A DNA stretch of 64,000 bases from Octopus sinensis (taxonomy: Eukaryota), in assembly GCF_006345805.1 (NCBI RefSeq), contig NC_043010.1:51522001-51586000 (forward strand). The letters run 5' to 3'. Positions 49,406 through 57,900 of this stretch are shown here, piece by piece; within the stretch, counting starts at the first letter, position 1, and each line of letters begins with the position of its first letter. Made by a program: the position numbers and the translations under genes. A model generated the notes under the pieces. The model was given only the letters and a program-made list of their open reading frames with translations. It was not told the origin of the DNA and made no database searches.

Positions 49406-52400
49406 CATTTTGCTTCTGTTTTAGACCTGGTTATGTTTCAATTCACACGAGGAGAAGAAACTGGGACAATATTTAAGTTAATGGCTGATGAGAGCCGGCC
49501 TGAGGTAAGTAATGTCTTATTTTCTTGTCCCCCACTTAACAAAATGTTTTATGGAAATAATATATTAGACTAACTGGTAGCTACTTGAATCAGTGTGGGA
49601 GAGGAGAGGCCTTAGACTGGTCACCAAGCTGGTGGTGTACCAAGCAGCTGTACTGCTTATGCTACTGTACTTTTTCTTCAACTCCAGTATACACACACAA
49701 AAAAACCCATCTTGTGAGATGATTTCTTTCGGATGTGTATACTGGCGTTGAAAAATTGATGTGACCATAAATTTTCTGTAGATCTGAAGAGCTAGCCTTC
49801 TATATCTGCACGCACACGTGCATACGCACGCACACACATATAGCCCTGTTTTGATGTGTGTTGGGATGCCAGCTAACCACAAATACATCATAGTTTTCCG
49901 CCACAATAAAAATAATTGACTTAGTGAATAGTCCAGTGACTTTGTACGTTTGAAAAACAGCATCCTGTGTTGGTTCCAAATTTTTGGCCAGGGCCAGCAA
50001 TTTCAGGGATAGGGAAGAAGTCTATTACATCTACCTTAGTACTCAACTGGTACTTATTTTTATTGTGGAGGCACATGGCCTAGGGGTTAGAGCAGCGCAC
50101 TTGCAGTTGAGGAATCGTGCGTTCGAATCTCAGACCGGGCGATGTACGTGTTTATGAGCAAAACACCTAAGCTCCACGTGGCTCTGGTAGAAGGTAATGA
50201 TGAACTTCTGCTGACTCTTTCGCCACAACTTTCTCTCACTCTTTCCTGCAGCTCACCTGCGATGGACCAGCATCCCGTCCAGGTGGGGAATCAATACGCC
50301 AAGGAAACCGGGAAACCGGCCCTTATGAGCCAGGCATGGCTTGAGAAGGAACAAACAAAAACTTATTTTTATTGACCATGAAAGGCAAAGTCAACCTCAG
50401 CAGCATTTGAACTCAGAATGTAAAGATGGATAAAAAGCCACTAAGGATGGTGGCAATTCTTATTTCTTTACTGCCCACAAAGAGCTACACACAGAGGGGA
50501 CAAACAAACGGATTAAGTCGATTTTATCGACCCCAGTGCATAACTGGTACTTATTTAATCGACCTCGAAAGGATGAAAGGCAAAGTCGACCTCGGCGGAA
50601 TTTGAACTCAGAACGTAGCGGCAGACAAAATACTGCTAAGCATTTCACCCGGTGTGCTAACGATTCTGCTAGCTTGTCGCCTTATGTGTCAATTCTGCTA
50701 GCTCGCTTCCTTGAGCAGCATCCTATATTGAACAGCTTGTACATTTTCTACCGTCCCTGTCTAGCTTACACAATACTAGTAAACTGCCATTTTCATTGGC
50801 TCTCTTGTTTTTCAGCTCCTCTCGCAGTTTGCTGATGTTGCAGTGAAAATTATTGAGAGATGGACAGAAGAAAACGATGCAAACATAAGAGAGTTTATTG
50901 TGTAAGTTTGTTATTCTGCTATTTTTGTTTATCTTTTATCTGTTTCAGGCTGCGACCGTGCTGGAGCACTACTTTGAAGAATTTTACTCAAACGAATTGA
51001 TCCCAGTCCTTGTTTTTTTACTTTTTATTTTTCAAGCCTGGTACTTATTATGTCAGTCCCTTTTTTCTGAACTGCTAAGTTACAGAGACTTAAACACACC
51101 AATACTGGTTGTCAGAGGGACACAGATACAAAGAAACATGCGCGCGACGCACACACACACACACACACACACATGATGGGCTTTTTTCGGTTTCCGTCTA
51201 CCAAATCCACTCACAAGGCTTTGGTTGGCCCGAGGCTATAGCAGAAGACACTTGCCCAAGGTGCCACGCAGTGGGACTGAACCCAGAACCATGTGGTTGA
51301 GAAGCAAGCTTCTTACCACGCAGCCTCTCCTGCAGCTATATTTAGCATCCGTTTTTCCATGTAGGCATGGGTTGGATGGTTTGACTGGAACTGATAAGCA
51401 GGAGAGCTGCACCAGACTCCAGTTGTCTGTTTCGGCTTGGTTTTTACAGCTGGATGCCCTTCTTAATGCCAACCACTCCACAGAGTGTAGTGGGTGCTTT
51501 TTACATGTCACCAGCACTAGCTATGACTGTGATTTCACTTGGCTTGATATGTCTTCTCAAGCACAGCAAATAAACCAAAGATCTCGGTCATTTTTCACCA
51601 CTTCTGTGAGACTCAACATCCGATGATCATACTTCACCACTTTGTCCCATGTCTTCATGAGTCTACCTCTTCCACAGGTTCTCTCCACAGTTAGAGATTG
51701 ACACTTCCTTACACAGCAGTCCTTGTTCATATGCATCACATGACCATACCTATTTCTTTACTACCCACAAGGGGCTAAACACTGAGAGGACAAACAAGGA
51801 CAGACAAACGGATTAAGTCGATTACATTGACCCCAGTGCATAACTGGTACTTATTTAATCGACCCCGAAAGGATGAAAGGCAAAGTCGACCTCGGCGGAA
51901 TTTGAACTCAGAACGTAAAGACAGACGAAATACCGCTAAGTATTTTGACCGGTGCGCTAACATGTCTGCCAGCTCGCCGCGTATGGTCGCATCACATGAC
52001 CATACCAGTGCAGTCTTCTCTCTTGCACACCACATCTGATGCCTCTAAAACCCACTCTCTCTCTCTCTCAAGACGCTTTGAATTTATCCTGACGAATTTA
52101 TCAAGTTGTTTTGATTTTATCCTGCATTATCATGTAGCCTTGAGATTTCAATGAAGTGATTGTTTATCTTTTTAGACAGATTTTGTATGGTAAGTGTGGG
52201 AAGCCAGATCTGGCCAGTTTGAACATAAAACAGAATATTTTGGTTTGATGTGGCTGGTTTAAATGCTAAACAGTTAATGTTTTTGTCTTTTTTTTTTCTT
52301 TATTCTAGATTAACAGGTGAACTCCTTGGAAATATGATGGTAATTGTTATGAAAGCTGATCGTTTTAGTGATGCCTGGTATGTTATTGTTTACAGATTTC

Positions 52401-54364
52401 TTACATTGACCAATCAAAAGTCATTTAACAATTGTCATAAAATTTTGGTGTACGCTTTTCATATACTAGCAGTATCACCCAGCGTTGCTTGGGTTTGTTT
52501 CAACCCTTTAGAATTGGAATTTTTGAAAAGTAAAAATTTTGTATTATGTAGCTTGTTATTCTCTTTAAGTGAACATTTTTCTGGTTGAAATACACTGAAA
52601 AATGGCGACACAGCAGTCAAAAAATCATAAAAAATAGGGATTATCATAGAAAAAAAAGCACATTTTTGATATAAATAATTTTTGGTCTTAACATGGTTTG
52701 ATTTGAATTTTGTTCTTCTACGGAAGGAAGAGCAAGCCTTCTTGTATCATACTGTCAATTTTGGTCAACTTGTACCACAGGGTCTTGGAGGAGACAGTGT
52801 TAGTTGAAGGCTACCAAGCCTGCCACACACAGAAAACTTCAGCTTTATATATATAGAGATATCTAATTTAAGTAACATATTTTTTCCTTGCTGATTTTTG
52901 TTGAAAATAATTCAAGCTATATGAACGTTCTCAACAAGTTCCTTTGCAAAATATTGGTTTGCAACTTTAGTGGAAGGCCAGCAATTTCAGGGGTGGGAGA
53001 TAAGTCGATTAGCTCAACCCTAGTGCTCAACTGGTACTTATTTTATTAACCTTGAAAGGATGACAGCCAAAGTTGACCTCGACAGTATTTGAACACAGAA
53101 CGTAAAGACTGATGAAATGCCAGTAGGCATTTTGTCCCGTACACTAACAAAATTGCCATCTTGCTGCCTTTCTTTCACAAAATATCAAAGATATTTAGGT
53201 GTAGGCTGCTGAGACCCCCTTCGGTCATGACTGACCGTGGGATTGCATCTAGAAAGTTACCCTCCCAGGCACAAGTCCGGGCAAGGTTGTTTTATGGGAG
53301 ACCAGCAGTCGCCGATGCACACCGGACTTCCCTCTCCACACCACTGGTGTTATCCAAGTGAAAGGCAAAGGGCGATACAGCTTGGCACCTGTGACGTTGT
53401 AACTCATGTCTACAGCTGAGTTAACTGGAGCAATGTGAAATAAAGTGTCTTGCTCAAGAACACAACACGCAGCCCGGTCTGGGATTCGAACTCACAACCT
53501 CACGATTGTAAGCTCGACGCTCTAACCACTGAGCCATGTGTAGGCACGTATGTATAGATATATATATATATATACACTCTCTTTTACTCTTTTACTTGTT
53601 TCAGTCATTTGACTGCGGCCATGCTGGAGCACCACCTTTAGTCGAGCAAAACGACCCCGGGACTTATTGTTTGCAAGCCCAGTACTTATTCTATCGGTCT
53701 CTTTTTGCCGAACCTCTAAGTGACAGGGACGTAAACACACCAGCATCGGTTGTCAAGCAATGCTAGGGAGACAAACACAGACACACAAACATATACACAC
53801 ACATATATATATATATACATATATACGACAGGCTTCTTATTGTTTTTGTTTTTTTGGGTGAGGTTCCAGGACAATGGAGATAGATAGACAGGTAGATGGA
53901 TAGCTAGGTAGATAGATAGGCAGGCGGGCGGGTGGGCAGGCAGGCAGGCAAAAGGAGGGTGGAGGGATTTCATTTCAATTTGGAATGTTTTTTTTACCAT
54001 TTATTTAGTTTTTTTTTAGCATTGTATAGCTACTGCTATTGGACATGAGTTCAAGGATGGTGACCTCTTTTAGGATGGGGAAAATAATGGAAAAAGGATA
54101 GGGTGCAGTGATCACTGAAAGCATTTTTTTTTCTTAAGGTGCCAAGAAGGAAGATAAGAAGTTCTATGAAGAATTAAATATGTATGTGTGTATGTATGTG
54201 TGTGTGTGTGTGTGAGTTCATGTGTTTGAAGATATGTCTATGTCTACACTGTGTAATTTCGATGTTTTGTATTGAAAAATAATGTCAATCTTTTTGTCAT
54301 CCCTTGTTAATCATCGTTATCATCATCATCTCCTCCTCCTCATCATCATCATCTTCATCATCAT

Positions 54365-54397
<33 letters not shown>

Positions 54398-54891
54398 TCA
54401 GTAGTCTTATTTTTATCAAATGCTTTCACTGCATGACCAAGTACAGCTCTCTGTGCCTTGGGTATGTAATGTGGTTTGTTGTGGTGCTCTTATTTTCGCT
54501 ATATTGAAAGTGCGTTACATAGGATGTGTGTGGTGCCTAGTAGTATTATTTTCTGTATGTCATATACATTTGTAAGTCCTGGCGTTTTGGTTCTGTATTT
54601 GTCTGAATGATTTTTTTTATCATACTTAATGAACCTACTATTACAGGAATTGTTTCTGTTTTTAGGCTCCACATTCGAGTTACCTTTATTTCCAGATCTT
54701 TATTATTATTTCTATTGTTGTTGTTATTATTGTTATTATCTATTCACTCTTATAGGAATATATTCCAACTGTATGAGAAACATTCTCCAAAACTTTCTAA
54801 TGTGCCCAGGTAAGTTACTTTTAAAAATTTTGAACTATCATGAAAATGGTGGCTAGCAGTCAACCTTCCCCTTCTCTCTTCTCTTCTTCCT

Positions 54892-54933
<42 letters not shown>

Positions 54934-57900
54934 CAATAATAATAAAGGGTAAAATTAATTAATCAATTAATAATTTAATAATTTTACCAAGTACTTCCGT
55001 ATGTTAAAAGAACCATTATCAGTAAACTTATACAAAAATTCTATAATTATGAGCATAATTATAATTAGGGTTCAGAAAAATTTGCTTCACCACACACTGA
55101 AATTTAGAAATAGCAGTTAAAATACTATTCTGCTACCATAAGTTATTTTCCAGACAGCAATACTCTACAACTCATGCAGGTAAAGAGAAAAAATAACGAA
55201 TCCACCCGACTTTTAATTAACAAGGGTGCATAAGATATTTGAGGACAGATTTATATTTATAAAAAACAGATATATAATAACAGATAATATCTTTATTTAT
55301 CAAAAAATGCTATGAGGATAAAAATAAACCTTCTTTTCTATAATGTTATTCAATGAAGCCACATTCAAATTCAACAACTGCTTCTATATGAAATCTAAAT
55401 TATCTACATGCTTGAATCAAGTGGTCCTGGTTCATTTTGGTTATTACTCTGACCATGGTAGCTTTCAAAGAATCTTTGGTGTTATGGGCATGTTCACTGA
55501 ACTCTCAACAAAGCTGCACATGTAATAGTCCAATGGATTGTGATCTGGGGAATTAGGAGGCCAAATGTTAGGGGTTATGTGATCATGAAAATTTTCAGCC
55601 ATCCATTCCTGTATTATTAGAGCCATGTGTGATAGTGCAGAGTCTTACTGAAACACATATGGCCTTCCATTGCATACACTGTCTATTCAGGGTTTAACAA
55701 TTATTTCCAGGACCTCAATGTAGGCAGCAGAGTTAACTCTAAGATCTTGTGGAAAGAATTAAGGAGGCATCACATGTCCTTCATTACTGTCAACCCCACC
55801 AAACCATGACAGTTGCAGGAAATTTTGTATGCATAGCACTTGGAACTTCAGAAGGGTCTGCACATAACCATCTGTCATTTCTTCTGTTAGCTTTTTGATC
55901 TTGGTCGAAGTTTTTCTTGTTTGAGAAAAACCAAATCAAATCTTCTGCTGGATTTTTCAGTTTGTTTAAAAGCCTTTTAGATCTGATGTGGTGATTTTCT
56001 TTTGCTTTATCTGACCTTTTCTCATCATATAAAACTTATATTATGTCTTCGTGGATAACATTTCTGACTGTTCCTTCTGACACATGGAGATCTTTTTTTT
56101 TGCAATTGACCTCATGGACTTTCTGGGATTGTAATCAATGGTCTGTTGAACTTGTTGATAAATTCAGTGTTCTGAAAGTGAGTAACACATGAACTGAATG
56201 AGCATCAAATGGCATGTCTTGAAACTTGCTGTCATGGTATTAAAGCGAACCATTTTGCATTGTAATGTCACGAGTGATGAAAAATGGATTCTTTTCAACA
56301 ATAGCAAGTGTTCTCCACAGTGGTTGGATAGAAACAAAGTGCCAAAACACAATCCAAAAAGGAATATTCACCGAAAAAAAGCTGATGGGGTCTGCTTGGT
56401 GGTCCAGTGCTGGTGTCATCCACTACAGCTTCATGAGACCTGGTAAGTTAATTGCAGTGGACATATACAATAACCAATTGGATGAAATGACGAGTGAACT
56501 TGCAATTAAACAACCAAGATTGGTCAATAGGGACAGGCCAATTCTCTTGCAAGACAATGCTTGACCTCATGTTGGACAAAGAATGCTACTCAAGTTACAG
56601 GAACTGAACTTCGAAGTACTCTGTCATCCACCATATTCACCAGACCTTGCACCAACTGACTATAATGTTTTCCAGGCATTAGACAACTTTTTGCAAGGGG
56701 AAAAAACTTCAAATCTGAAGAGGATGCAAAAACAGCCTTTTATGATTTCATCACCTCTTGCTCTCCAGAATTCTTTGCTGCCAGCATAAATAAGCTTCTG
56801 ATAAAATGGCAAAATTGTGTTGATAATTTAGGTGCATGCTTCGATTAACTGCATTGCTTTTTGTTGAGATAGAGTAAAATAAATTTTCAATTCAAAATCG
56901 GACATTTCATTCTTAATGACCTGATATATACACACATTTGTTTTTCAGTGAGAGTGCCATGTCGATGCTGTTGGATGGTTGCCTGAATGAAAAGCACACT
57001 AAAAATCTGTTGGTAAGTTAGAATATTAAATACCTAGACATAGTTGGTCCTCACTTTCTGTTTCAGTTCTGTGTGCGTCATGTTGGTCAGGTAACCCTCA
57101 CTTGGGGCCACAACTAGTTGTTGTTCTTTATGTTGTTTTGTCTCAGTCATGTTGTTTCCATACTGTAATCAAAGATATTTCAGCTACTTATAATGTGTAT
57201 GTGTTAAATATATAGAGGCGCAGGAGTGGCTGTGTGGTAAGTAGCTTGCTTACCAACCACATGGTCCTGGGTTCAGTCCCACTCCATGGCACCTTGGGTA
57301 AGTGTCTTCTACTATAGCCTCGGGCCGACCAAAGCCTTGTGAGTGGATTTGGTAGACGGAAACTGAAAGAAGCCCATCGTATATATACATATATGTGTGT
57401 GTGTTTGTCACCCCAACATCGCTTGACAACCAATGCTGGTGTGTTTACGTCCCCGTAACTTAGCGGTTCGGCAAAACAGACCGATAGAATAAGTACTTGG
57501 CTTACAAAGAATAAGCCCTGGGGTTGATTTGCTTGACTATAAAGGCGGTGCTCCAGCATGGCCACAGCCAAATGACTGAAACAAGTAAAAGAGTAAAAAG
57601 AGTATATCTTGGACTATGTTACCCATTGCGTCCTTCCTAGTCGTTTTGTTGGAAAGAGACTTTGGTTATTATTTCTAGCAGGTTGAGCAACTACTGAGAG
57701 TCTACTTTGTTGGTTTGACTTTACACAGTTGTAGTTAATAATAATGTTGATGGTAAGGAGGAGTAGGATGAGGTTGATAAGAAAAGACTGAAAGAAAATC
57801 AATAATATGTGTAGGCATGGCTGTGTGGTAAGTAGCTTGCTTCCCAACCACATCGTCCTGGGTTCTGTCCCACTGCATGGCACCTTGGGCATGTGCCTTC

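Noticed and set aside
54975-55030. Hammerhead-like CUGAUAA...GGAAG on the minus strand
   Set aside because: Two core substitutions and no convincing helix II or III
56198-56789. Possible functional transposase or SETMAR-like gene
   Set aside because: Split over three frames with stops and missing the N-terminus; a decayed mariner
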